From positions 3,168,001-3,232,000 of the forward strand of contig CAWIAD010000002.1 in NCBI GenBank assembly GCA_963833985.1: a stretch of 64,000 nt of DNA, written 5' to 3'. The translations under genes were made by a program, and so were the position numbers. The notes beneath the pieces were generated by a model. The model made no database searches. It had not been told where the DNA came from and saw nothing but the letters and a program-made list of their open reading frames with translations. This document shows, piece by piece, positions 9,871-21,205 of the stretch (position 1 is its first letter; the number at the start of each line of letters is the position of its first letter). The stretch is from an uncultured Planctomycetaceae bacterium (GTDB taxonomy: Bacteria; Planctomycetota; Planctomycetia; Isosphaerales; Isosphaeraceae).

Positions 9871-11713
9871 GTGCTGGCCGGTTACCACGGCCGCTTTGTT
9901 GGCCTGCAAGCCACCGGCGGCTCGTGGTCTTTCCATCCCCTGGATCCCGCTGTCCTTCAAGGGTTTATTGGCGGCGTGGGCCTGGGCTCCTGGCTCCTGG
10001 CCCATCACAATCGGCCGGGCACGCTGCCCCTGGACGCGGAGAGTTCGCTCGTCTTCGCCCTCAGCCCGCTGGTGGGAACCCCGCTGACCACCTCGGCGAA
10101 GTTCGCCGTCGTGGCGATCAGCCCGCTCACGGGACGGGTTTGCGATGCGCTTTCCTCCTCGCACTTCGCCCTGGCGGCCAAGCGGCTGGGCGTCGACGCC
10201 ATCGTGATCTCGGGATGCTGCCCGGAACCTTCGATTGTGTTCCTCGCAGGAGAAGCGGACGGTTCGATCCGGGTGGAATGGCGGCCGGCGGGCTCGCTCT
10301 GGGGGTTGCCGGCCCGGCAGGCGGAGGAGGCCATCCGCGACCGTCACGGGCACGACTGGCAGGTGGCGTCGATCGGGCCGGCGGGAGAACGCCTCGTTCC
10401 GTTTGCCACCATCAGCCATGACGGCCGGCACGCCGGCCGCGGCGGGCTGGGCGCGGTGCTGGGATCGAAGCGCATCAAGGCCGTCGCCGTGCGCGGGCAG
10501 GTGCGAACGCCGGTGGCCGACGCGGAGGGGACCATCGCCCTGGCCCGGCGGCTGTCGGCCCTGTCGTTCGGGCCGGCCACGGAGAAGTATCGCGAGCTGG
10601 GCACGGTGGCCAACCTCTTGACGTTCAACCGCCTGGCGACCCTGCCCACCCGGAACTTCCAGGGCAGCTCGTTCCCGGAGGCCGAGCGGCTCGCGGCGGA
10701 GGCGCTTGGCCCCGCCCGGCGCGTGGCGCGCAAGTCGTGTGCTTCTTGCACCATCGGCTGCGAGCATCTGTATGCCGGCGAGCCCGGGGCGGGCCAGGCG
10801 GGAGTGCGCCTGGAATACGAGTCGCTGTACGCGCTGGGGCCGCTCTGCGGGGTCAGCGACCCGGCCGCCGTACGCGCCGCGGCGCGGGCTTGCGACGACC
10901 TGGGAATCGATACCATCAGCACCGGCGCGACGATCGCATTCCTCACGGAATGCGCGGAAAACGGCTGGATCGAGGGCCGGCTCGCCAGATCCGGAAAGTT
11001 CCTGCGATTCGGTGACGGCGACGCCGTGCGGGAAGCGATCGAGTCCCTGCTGGAGCGTCATGGCGAGGTGGGCGAGCTGATGGCGCTGGGCAGCCGCGCA
11101 GCGGCCGAGTCGATTGGCCCCCAGGCCCGCGAGATCGCACCGCACGTGAAGGGCATGGAGCTGCCGGGATACGATCCGCGCGGCCTGCACGCCATGGCGC
11201 TGGGGCTGGCGGTGGGCACCCGCGGGGCGGACCACAATCGCTCGGGCGCCTACGAGGCGGACTTCTCCAGCCGCGTCGACCGATTGGCCGGCGGAGTGGA
11301 TTCCGCCCTCGCCGCGATCGAGACCGAGGACCGCGCGGCGCTCATGGATTCGCTCATCCTCTGCAAGTTTCTCCGCGGGGTGTTCGAGGACTTCTACGAG
11401 GAATCGGCCCAGATGCTGCACCTCCTCACGGGCTGGCCGTTCACGACCCAGGAGCTGAGGACGGCCGCCCGGCGTATCGTCACCGCGCGGAAGTGCCTGA
11501 ACCAGCGCGAGGGATGGACGGCCCGGGAAGACACCCTCCCCGCGCGTCTGCTGGCTAATGAACCGTTGCAGCCAGGCGGGTCGTCCCTGTCGCGATCGCG
11601 CTTGGAAGCGATGATCGCTGCCTATTATGAGGAGCGCGGCTGGACCGCCGACGGCCGCGTGCCCGCTGGCGCTCCGGGCCGAACTGGGCCTTGGCGACCC
11701 CATGTTCGGCTAA
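9871..11713 (+). CDS. Aldehyde:ferredoxin oxidoreductase family protein (tungstopterin AOR)
   Basis: FIGGVGLG, SPLTG, SIGPAGERLV, GRGGLGAVLGSKRIKAV, CASCTIGC, EYESLYALG, GIDTIS, VKGMELPGYDPR, RGADH. Likely indel near 11665; the corrected frame ends ELGLGDPMFG* at 11713, while the ORF track runs to 11892. Confidence 0.88.
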
Positions 11714-11975
11714 GGGACGACCAAGCCTGCCGGCCAACGCCGGCGAACGCCGGGACGTTTCTTGCGATAGGCAGCGGAGAGACCGATCCGGTACACTCGG
11801 TGAAGTCGCTCCTTGAACCCGCGGGCGCAGGGAGTGTCTGGCGAATGGATCCTCACGGAACGGATCTCGCGCAGGACTTCGGAAGCAGTTGAATGGCTGA
11901 AAACACCCCTTCGATGAACCAACCCACTCCGCCTTCAAAATCCTCCGTACGCGCGAAATCGCTGCGCGGCGCTCG

Positions 11976-12398
11976 GTGAAGGCGGCGCAGGACGAAGTGA
12001 CCTCGCGCGCCGTCGAGCGGAGCGATCCGGAGCGAGTCAACCAGGCGCTCGAGCATGCACGGCTGGCCGCCCGCATGGCCGAGGAGAATGGCGGCAAGGA
12101 CGTCGTGCTCCTCGATCTCCGCAAGGCGACACCGCTGCTCGACTTCTTCGTGATCGCCACGGCCAGCTCGCGGCGGCTCAGCCACGCCATCGCCAGCGAG
12201 ATCGACGCCGAGATGAAGAAGCGGGGCGAGCGGAAGCTTGGCATGGAGGGCTCGGAAGAAGGGCGCTGGATTCTCATCGACTACGGCGACTTCGTCGTCC
12301 ACGTGTTCTCAGGGGACGGCCGCGCCTACTATTCGCTCGAGGAGCTGTGGGGCGATCCTCCGCGTCTGGAGTGGAACGAGCCCTCGCAGACCAGTTGA
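11976..12398 (+). CDS. rsfS: Ribosome silencing factor RsfS (Iojap)
   Basis: DVVLLDLR, DFFVIAT, EGRWILIDYGDFVVHVF..RAYYSLEELWGD. Start uncertain. Confidence 0.92.
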   Translation: MKAAQDEVTSRAVERSDPERVNQALEHARLAARMAEENGGKDVVLLDLRKATPLLDFFVIATASSRRLSHAIASEIDAEMKKRGERKLGMEGSEEGRWILIDYGDFVVHVFSGDGRAYYSLEELWGDPPRLEWNEPSQTS

Positions 12399-12456
12399 CG
12401 CCGGACTCATCCAATCCCATCCACCCCAGCAGAGCCCGGGCCGCCGGCGCTTCACC

Positions 12457-14176
12457 ATGAATGTCCTGGAACGACTCCGAACCGCCTTTGCCGCGGCCAC
12501 GCCTGAAGGAGGCGACGCCGCCACCTTCCGGTCAGCCGTCCGTGCCACGAACGACCCCAAGTTCGGCGATTACCAGGCCAACGGCTGCATGGCGCTGGCA
12601 AAGACGCTGAAGCTGAATCCACGCGTGCTGGCGTCGCAGGTCGCCGCGGCCGTTGACCTGGCGCCGCTGGCGGGTGCTCCCGATGTCGCCGGGCCGGGGT
12701 TCCTGAATGTCCGCCTGCACGACGCCTGGATTGCCCAGGCCCTCACCGAGCTGCTCCAGGGCGGCTTCCCCGGGATCGACCCCCCCGCGCTGCCGCGCAC
12801 CGTGGTGATCGATTTTTCTTCTCCCAACGTCGCCAAGCCGATGCACGTGGGGCATATCCGGTCGACCGTGATCGGCAACAGCCTGGCCCGCATCTTCCAG
12901 TCACTCGGGCATCACGTCGTCCGCGACAACCACCTGGGCGACTGGGGCTCCCAGTTCGGGATGATCCTCTGGGGCTGGAAGAACGCCCGGGATGATGCCG
13001 CCTACGAGGCGGACCCGGTGGCCGAGCTGGCAAGGCTTTATCGAGCGGCCCAGGACCGCATCAGGGCCGGCGATCGCTCGGTCGAGGACGCCGCCCGCGC
13101 CGAGACGGCCAAGCTGCACGCGGGCGATGCCCAGAACCGTGAGCTCTGGAACCGGTTCATGCCGCATTGCCTCCAGGCCTTGCAAAAGATTTACGACCGC
13201 CTGGGTGTCGCGTTCGACGTCGAGCTGGGCGAGAGCTTCTACGACCCGATGCTCGCCGGAGTGGTCGAAGACCTCCAGAACAGGAGCATCGCGGAAGAGA
13301 GCGAGGGGGCCATCGTCGTCTTCACGCCCGAGACGCCGGCCCCTTTCATCATCCGCAAACGCGACGGGGCCTTCAATTACGGCACCACCGACCTGGCGAC
13401 CATCAAGTACCGGGCCGAGACCTGGAACCCGCAGCAGGTCCTTTACGTGGTCGACCATCGCCAGGGCGACCACTTCAAGCAGCTCTTCGCCGTGGCCCGG
13501 CGCTGGGGTTACGATTCGATCGACCTGGAGCACGTCGCCTTCGGCACGATCCTGGGCGCGGATCGCCGGCCGTTCAAGACCCGCGAGGGCGACGTGGTGG
13601 GCCTGGAATCACTGCTCGACGAGGCCGTCTCCGAAGCGCGCAAGGTGGTTGATGCCAACAGCCCCGACCTGGAAGAGGACGCCCGCGCCCGGGTGGCCGA
13701 GGTGGTCGGCCTGGGCGCCATCAAGTATGCGGACCTCTCGCAGAACCGGCTCAGCGACTACATCTTCGACTGGCAGAAGATGCTCGCCATGAACGGCAAC
13801 ACGGCCACCTACCTGCAATACGCCTACGCACGCATCCAGAGCATCTTCCGCAAGGGGCAGACCGATCCGCGGAGTATCCGCGAGCGGCCGCCGGAGATCG
13901 TGCTCAACCACCCGGCGGAGCGAGCGCCTCGGGGTTCGTATTCTGCGGCTGCCGGAAGTGCTGGAGCTGGCGGCCCTGGAGCTGAAGCCCAACATCCTGA
14001 CCGACTACCTGTTCGACCTGGCGAACGCCTTCAGCACGTTTTTCGAGGAGTGCCCCGTGCTCAAGGCCGAGTCCCCCGCCCGGCGCGACAGCCGCCTGGC
14101 CATCTGCGACCTCACGGCGCAGACCTTGAAATCCGGGCTCGATTTGCTAGGAATCGACGTCGTTGATCGCATGTAA
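12457..14176 (+). CDS. argS: Arginine--tRNA ligase, apparent frameshift near 13925
   Basis: FGDYQAN, DFSSPNVAKPMHVGHIRST, NHLGDWGSQFG, FKTREG, GNTATYLQYAYARI. The anticodon-binding domain finishes in ORF 13958..14176 (GLDLLGIDVVDRM). Confidence 0.95.
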
Positions 14177-14263
14177 GATCCTGTACAGACCCACGATGAC
14201 CGCCGGGTTCGCCCACCCCGTCGGTGCACCCCGACCTCATTCCAACCTCCGGGAGCCTGCCAG

Positions 14264-16146
14264 ATGACCACGCCAGGCCACTTCGCCAGGATCGCCGAGG
14301 GCCTTGGTCTTGGACTGGGCGCGGTTTTTCTCGCCGTGGCCATGCCCTGTCTGCGGCCTGACCTCCGGGCGCGGAGCCGGCTCCGGCCGCGTCTGCCCCC
14401 GGTGAAGGACCGCATCGTTCGCCCATCTCCGTGAGTCTCAGTCGCGACGGCCGCCGGCTGCTGGTGGCCAACCAGACGGCCGGCTCGGTTTCGCTCGTCG
14501 ATCCGGTCGAGGGCAAGGTCCTCCACGAACTATCGACCGGTGAGAAGCCGGCGGGCGTGGCCCTCTGTGCCGACGCCACGCGCGGCGTGGTGACGCACTG
14601 GTACGGCTACGACCTGGCCCTGCTGGAGATCGATCATGACCGCATGACCGTACGCGGACGGGTCGAGGTTGGGCCGGAGCCGCGGGGGGTGGCCATCGAT
14701 GCCGCCGGCAAGACGGCCTTCGTGGCCGTGGGAGTGGCGAACGAGGTGGTCCAGGTCGACCTGGAGACCATGCGAGTGACCGCGCGCGTCGCCGTGGGCC
14801 GCGAGCCGCGGGGTATTGCCCTGGCGCCCGACGGCTCGTTCCTGCTGGTCGGCAACGCGCGGTCGCAGGACGTCGCCGTCGTCTCCACTCAGTCGCTGGC
14901 CGTGTTCCGGACAATCCCGATCGACGGTGACAACCTGCGGCAGGTGACGATCAGCGCTGATGGCAAGCACGGCTACGTGGCGAACATGAGGAACCGGGGC
15001 TTCGCGACCACCGCGAACAACATCGACCTGGGCTGGGTGCTCGGCCAGCGCCTCACCCGCATCGACCTGGACGCACCCGAACCCACGTTCGCCACGCTGT
15101 CGCTCGACCCGCACGGCAAGGCCGCCTCGGATGCCCACGGCGTGGCCGTGAGCCACGACAACCGCTTCGTTGCCGTCAGCCTGGGTGGGACGCACGAGGT
15201 GATGATCTTCCGGACCGACCAGCGCAGGCTCCCCTGGCGCATTGGCAGCTCACGGGACCTCATGTCGGCGGAGCTGCTCAGCGGCGACGGCCGGCTGCGC
15301 CGCGTCCCCCTGGGGGGACGGCCCACCGAGCTGGCCTTCGCGCCTGACGGCAAGACCCTCTACGTGGCGAACTACCTGAACGACGCCGTGCAGGTGGTCG
15401 ACGCCGGATCGGCTCGATTGGTCCGCACGATCGCGCTGGGAGGCCCGCACACCCTGTCCCTGGCGCGCCAGGGCGAGATCCTCTTTCACGCCGCCGAGCG
15501 GTCGTTCAACCAGTGGTACAGTTGCAACACCTGCCACAGTGACGGGCATACCAACGGCCTGAGCTTTGACACGCTCAACGACGGCCGGCAGGACCTCAGC
15601 ACAACCCATCTGCGCAGCCACAAGAAGGTGCCCACGCTGCGGCGCGTCACACGGACCGGCCCGTGGACCTGGCACGGCTGGCAGACCGATCTCGACGACG
15701 CCGTGGTCGAGTCGTTCACCAAGAGCATGCGGGGTCCGCAGCCTTCGTCCGACGAGGTCAAGGCGCTGGTCGCGTACCTTGGCACGCTGGAGTATCCGCG
15801 CAACCCCTACCTCGGTCCCGGCGGTCGGCTTTCGGCCGCAGCCGAGCGCGGTCAGGCCGTCTATCGCTCGGCCAAGGCCGCCTGCAACACCTGCCACGGC
15901 GGTCCCGAGCTCAGCGATGGCAAGGTTCACGTGGTCGGGCTCGAAGAACCCGAAGACGCCTACCGCGGCTACAACCCGCCCTCGCTGCGCGGCGTCTACG
16001 ACAAGGACCCCTACTTTCACGACGGCCGCACCGCGACTCTCCGTGAAGCCCTCTCGGGACCGCACAGCACCGATGCGGTCTCGGGGCTGGGCGAGCTCAG
16101 CGATGCCGAGTTAAACGACCTGATCGCATACCTGAAAACGCTGTGA
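14264..16146 (+). CDS. Secreted YVTN beta-propeller / di-heme cytochrome c protein
   Basis: YVTN-like repeats (LLVANQ, VGREPRG, LYVANY) and two CxxCH motifs (SCNTCH, ACNTCH); PSLRGV..PYFHDG. A signal-peptide-like segment from ATG 14264 is out of frame with 14431..16146 (indel near 14355). Confidence 0.78.
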
Positions 16147-16189
16147 AGCAAAGTCGGACGTCTGCTCGTTAGGCGCAGCCGATGTGCGC

Positions 16190-17524
16190 TCAGGCCCATT
16201 GCTTCTCCAGGCTGTAGGAGATCACCTTCACTCCGCGGTCGCGGAGAGGTGCGAGCGCCTCCTTGAGGGCCTGCCGCTCCTCCTCCCATTCCTCGGGCGG
16301 AAGCTCCCCGTGGAGGTCGGCTTCTTCCTCCCCTGCGCTGAGCTCACGCTCGTCGAGCAAGAAAACGAGGTCGCCGCGCCCCAGCTCCAGCGCCGACAGG
16401 AGACGCGCAGTCTCCGAGCGGTGCTGCGCGGCGTTCTCGTGGCCTCCGGCACCGGCCAGGATCAGCAGGCTGAGGCGGATGCCCGCGGATTTCAGACCCG
16501 AAACGACCCCTTGCAGGTCTTCGTCGCGCCACGCCTTGTGATACCGCTCGCGAATCCGCGGCGCGCCCGATTCGATGCCCAGAGTGACGTGTGCAAGATG
16601 GCGTTCGCGGAAGGCCCGCCATCCCGCCGGGTCGGGGCAGGGGGGGCTGAAATCGTCCAGGAAGGCAAAGACCTCCATCTTCCGCGTCAGTGGATCGCGG
16701 GCATTCTCGGGCAAGGCCAGCTCCTGCCCGGTCATTCCGAACGCGCGGTCGACAACGTCCAGGTATGCCGCGACGAGGTCCGCGTGGAGGCGGAGCACCT
16801 CGCCACCGCTCAGGAAGACCATACGCGACTGGAGCAGGCGTCGGCCAAGGAGCCGGACGACATCTTCAACGTGCTGCCGGAACTCGCCGGCCGAGCGCAC
16901 CACTATTGCGCTGGCCGGACCCTTGCCGAGGCCCGAACCCCGGCCCGCGTCGAACGTGGCCTGGGCCACCACCGCGTTCTGGCAGTCGGGAGGCAGAAAC
17001 GGGAGCGGCCCATAGGTGGCATGATATTGCCGGCGATGCGCGTCCCAGGCCCCGCTGTCCCAGCCGGCGATGCGGGCGAGGAACTCACGCAGGTCGTCCC
17101 GGCTGAGCGGCTGTGCCTTGCCCGCTGGCGGCTCGCGTCGGGCGACCTGGTTGCGGTCCAGCACGTCCATCAGGTCCAGCGCGACAGAGCGAACCTGATC
17201 ATCGAGCGCGCGGGTCTCGGCCTCCGTGTAGGTCCGGCGTTTGAGGATAAGATTCGCACCTTCGCGGACCCGGTCGATGGCGTGGACGCTTGTATCCAGG
17301 CTCTTGAGGTAATGCGTCGCGCCAATGTACGCGCGTTGCCAGCGGCCCTCGAGGTCGAAGTGGTAGATGGGCGCGTCGTCGAAGTAGAGCGAGAACGCAC
17401 CTTGCTTGAAACCCGCGAACGCCAGGTCGGACAGGCCGGGCAACTCCAGCAGCCCCACGCGGCTGCGGTAGAGGGCCCCTGATTCCAGCAAGCAAGCGGC
17501 TTCGGTCTTGGGCACGGAGGTCAT
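16190..17524 (-). CDS. Radical-SAM-fold-like protein lacking the CxxxCxxC motif
   Basis: LPFLPPD..AVVAQAT, VFLSGGEVL, VTLGIESG, LKSAGIRLSLLILAGAGG resemble a radical SAM barrel; no cysteine triad. Confidence 0.6.
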   Translation of the reverse strand: MTSVPKTEAACLLESGALYRSRVGLLELPGLSDLAFAGFKQGAFSLYFDDAPIYHFDLEGRWQRAYIGATHYLKSLDTSVHAIDRVREGANLILKRRTYTEAETRALDDQVRSVALDLMDVLDRNQVARREPPAGKAQPLSRDDLREFLARIAGWDSGAWDAHRRQYHATYGPLPFLPPDCQNAVVAQATFDAGRGSGLGKGPASAIVVRSAGEFRQHVEDVVRLLGRRLLQSRMVFLSGGEVLRLHADLVAAYLDVVDRAFGMTGQELALPENARDPLTRKMEVFAFLDDFSPPCPDPAGWRAFRERHLAHVTLGIESGAPRIRERYHKAWRDEDLQGVVSGLKSAGIRLSLLILAGAGGHENAAQHRSETARLLSALELGRGDLVFLLDERELSAGEEEADLHGELPPEEWEEERQALKEALAPLRDRGVKVISYSLEKQWA

Positions 17525-17586
17525 CCCAGTCAGTCCAGGTATGGCGCTGTAGCGAGCATTCGCGGCACGGCCAAACGGACCGGCAT

Positions 17587-19326
17587 GGGTGTAAGACACG
17601 GTTCGTTTTTCTGAGGTCCTACGCCGCTTTCCCAGTTTCCCTGGCTTTATAGTTGCGGAAGGGGCTGCTGGGCCTCTCTTTGAGGTACCGATCCAGGCGT
17701 CCGTCCTCCGAGAGGAACGACGCTCGAAGCTGAAGCATCGTCTCGGCACCGGCGTCGCTCCAGAATTTCTCCGACCCCTTGACCCGCCGGTTGAAGATCT
17801 TCACGGTCGACTCCACGTGACTGCTCGTCCACGGCAATCCCCCGCGTCGATAAGCAGGGTAGTCCATCCGCTCTCGATTATGCTCCAGGTAGCCGAGTTC
17901 TTGGGCGATGATCTTGCGCGGGTCATCGTCGGCCAGCCGTTCGAGCTCGTCTCCGGATAAGGACGCCTGGGCATCTCGCAGGGTACGGAGTTCCTCAATC
18001 ACCTGGCCCACGCGTCCCTTCCAGCAGGCCTCCGCCCATGCCTGGAACAACTCCCAGCGGCCTTCGGTCTCGATCGCCGCAGCCTTGGCGGCCGCGAACA
18101 GGTGACCCAGGGCGTGGAGAAAATCAACGATGGCCAGAAAGGTCGGAAAATGCCGTTGCTGCAATTTCCAGATCCAGGCCGAGCCGTCCCCCAGGAACGC
18201 CCGATGAGCCGCTTTCATGAGATTGCGTCGCCACGCCTCCGCGGCCACCATCGGCCCGAATTGCTCGCTGGAGCAGGTGCTCGCCACGTAAGTCCGCACC
18301 ACCAGTTCGGGCCTTTCCCTCGGCTCGGACCGATCCCCGGGGGACGGCAGAGATGCTTCGTCGATGTTCTCCGCCGGGGCCTCCTGTAGGCCCATCGAGC
18401 TCGACCCGCTGATCCCGCCGACAAGCTTCTCGACGTATCCCCGGTCGCGGTAGCAGGCGGGCAACTCCGGCTCCGGGTCGCAGTCCGAGACGACATTGGC
18501 CATGGTGGCCAGAATCGCGATCTTGTCCTCACGCCAGGACGCATCATGGGCACCGGGCCCTTCCCCCTGGCCGCGAATCTGCAGCCGGCCGCCGTCAACC
18601 TCGACCACTGCCAGAGCCGGCCGTGTCTCGACTCGCGGCTCGAGCTTATGGGCTTGAAGTTCGCTCACATGCTGATCTCTCTCGGCCTGCAATTGTTGGC
18701 CGACCTCCTGGGCGATGCGGCCGATCTGCCGACTGCCGATGGTCACCTCGGCCAATTCCGCCATCGCCTCGGCCGCCTCCCGGAAGGAGGGCTCCCGGGC
18801 ACCGCAACGGACGATCTTGCGCAGCACCGAAGGGCTGTAGTCATGTGGCGTGAGGCGCAAGGCCGGACGCTGAGGGAAAAAAATCCCGGCGACATGCCGG
18901 GCAGTGGCACTTCGGTTCGGCGTAGGTGACCTTGCCTCCCCAGAATTCAATGGTTCGATCGTTGCGTTGCACCGGACAGAGCCGCTTGCAGTTGGGACAA
19001 GGCTGCTCGGCCCCCAAGAGGGAGGCTTTCTGCTTCAGGAGTTCCTCGATGGTTCCCTTGGCCACGGCACAGGCCGCGGTCATGGCCATTTGTTCCATGT
19101 CGTCGGCATCGAGGTCCAGGTCAGGCCCAACTTCTTCGTGGACCCGTCGCGCCACAGTTTTCCCCCACCCTTTGGCCATCTGCTCGACCCCGGTGCGATC
19201 CATCGATGGTGACTTACGGAAAGGCATAGCAGGTCCCTCCTTGGACTTCCGGTGACGGACAATTTGGGAAACTTGACTTGACATGCTACCACCGGCCTCG
19301 GGCGGCGCGAACCGCGTCTTACACCC
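17587..19326 (-). mobile_element. ISKra4-type insertion sequence, copy 1 (1740 bp)
   Basis: 19-bp terminal inverted repeats GGGTGTAAGAC(A/G)CGGTTCG (18/19 match), flanked by the 9-bp direct repeat GACCGGCAT at 17578-17586 and 19327-19335. Confidence 0.92.
17619..19227 (-). CDS. ISKra4-type DDE transposase, two ORFs joined by a probable programmed frameshift
   Basis: orfA MPFRKS..CPNC..CPACRRDFFP; orfB FFPQRPAL..EVDGG..LGDGSAWIW..VDFLHA..SSHVESTVK. T7-CCC slippery run at 18874-18883, identical in both copies. Confidence 0.85.
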
Positions 19327-19335
19327 GACCGGCAT

Positions 19336-21075
19336 GGGTGTAAGACACGGTTCGTTTTTCTGAGGTCCTACGCCGCTTTCCCAGTTTCCCTGGCTTTATA
19401 GTTGCGGAAGGGGCTGCTGGGCCTCTCTTTGAGGTACCGATCCAGGCGTCCGTCCTCCGAGAGGAACGACGCTCGAAGCTGAAGCATCGTCTCGGCACCG
19501 GCGTCGCTCCAGAATTTCTCCGACCCCTTGACCCGCCGGTTGAAGATCTTCACGGTCGACTCCACGTGACTGCTCGTCCACGGCAATCCCCCGCGTCGAT
19601 AAGCAGGGTAGTCCATCCGCTCTCGATTATGCTCCAGGTAGCCGAGTTCTTGGGCGATGATCTTGCGCGGGTCATCGTCGGCCAGCCGTTCGAGCTCGTC
19701 TCCGGATAAGGACGCCTGGGCATCTCGCAGGGTACGGAGTTCCTCAATCACCTGGCCCACGCGTCCCTTCCAGCAGGCCTCCGCCCATGCCTGGAACAAC
19801 TCCCAGCGGCCTTCGGTCTCGATCGCCGCAGCCTTGGCGGCCGCGAACAGGTGACCCAGGGCGTGGAGAAAATCAACGATGGCCAGAAAGGTCGGAAAAT
19901 GCCGTTGCTGCAATTTCCAGATCCAGGCCGAGCCGTCCCCCAGGAACGCCCGATGAGCCGCTTTCATGAGATTGCGTCGCCACGCCTCCGCGGCCACCAT
20001 CGGCCCGAATTGCTCGCTGGAGCAGGTGCTCGCCACGTAAGTCCGCACCACCAGTTCGGGCCTTTCCCTCGGCTCGGACCGATCCCCGGGGGACGGCAGA
20101 GATGCTTCGTCGATGTTCTCCGCCGGGGCCTCCTGTAGGCCCATCGAGCTCGACCCGCTGATCCCGCCGACAAGCTTCTCGACGTATCCCCGGTCGCGGT
20201 AGCAGGCGGGCAACTCCGGCTCCGGGTCGCAGTCCGAGACGACATTGGCCATGGTGGCCAAAATCGCGATCTTGTCCTCACGCCAGGACGCATCATGGGC
20301 ACCGGGCCCTTCCCCCTGGCCGCGAATCTGCAGCCGGCCGCCGTCAACCTCGACCACTGCCAGAGCCGGCCGTGTCTCGACTCGCGGCTCGAGCTTATGG
20401 GCTTGAAGTTCGCTCACATGCTGATCTCTCTCGGCCTGCAATTGTTGGCCGACCTCCTGGGCGATGCGGCCGATCTGCCGACTGCCGATGGTCACCTCGG
20501 CCAATTCCGCCATCGCCTCGGCCGCCTCCCGGAAGGAGGGCTCCCGGGCACCGCAACGGACGATCTTGCGCAGCACCGAAGGGCTGTAGTCATGTGGCGT
20601 GAGGCGCAAGGCCGGACGCTGAGGGAAAAAAATCCCGGCGACATGCCGGGCAGTGGCACTTCGGTTCGGCGTAGGTGACCTTGCCTCCCCAGAATTCAAT
20701 GGTTCGATCGTTGCGTTGCACCGGACAGAGCCGCTTGCAGTTGGGACAAGGCTGCTCGGCCCCCAAGAGGGAGGCTTTCTGCTTCAGGAGTTCCTCGATG
20801 GTTCCCTTGGCCACGGCACAGGCCGCGGTCATGGCCATTTGTTCCATGTCGTCGGCATCGAGGTCCAGGTCAGGCCCAACTTCTTCGTGGACCCGTCGCG
20901 CCACAATTTTCCCCCACCCTTTGGCCATCTGCTCGACCCCGGTGCGATCCATCGATGGTGACTTACGGAAAGGCATAGCAGGTCCCTCCTTGGACTTCCG
21001 GTGACGGACAATTTGGGAAACTTGACTTGACATGCTACCACCGGCCTCGGGCGGCGCGAACCGCGTCTTACACCC
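19336..21075 (-). mobile_element. ISKra4-type insertion sequence, copy 2 (1740 bp)
   Basis: Near-identical to copy 1 at a 1749-bp offset, same TIRs, followed by a third GACCGGCAT at 21076-21084. Confidence 0.92.
19368..20976 (-). CDS. ISKra4-type DDE transposase, copy 2
   Basis: Same as copy 1 except GKIVARR versus GKTVARR in orfA. Confidence 0.85.
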
Positions 21076-21205
21076 GACCGGCATCGCTGTCCGGAAACGG
21101 TCTCGCCAGTTTCTGGCCTTTCATTATACTGCCGGATCCTGGACAGGGGTGCGGAGGGCGCTTCAGGTAAGGGATGCCCGCGGTCTTCAGCCGACAGGAC
21201 CGACG

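Noticed and set aside
13915..13960. argS frameshift as programmed recoding
   Set aside because: No slippery motif, and it is one of many similar indels.
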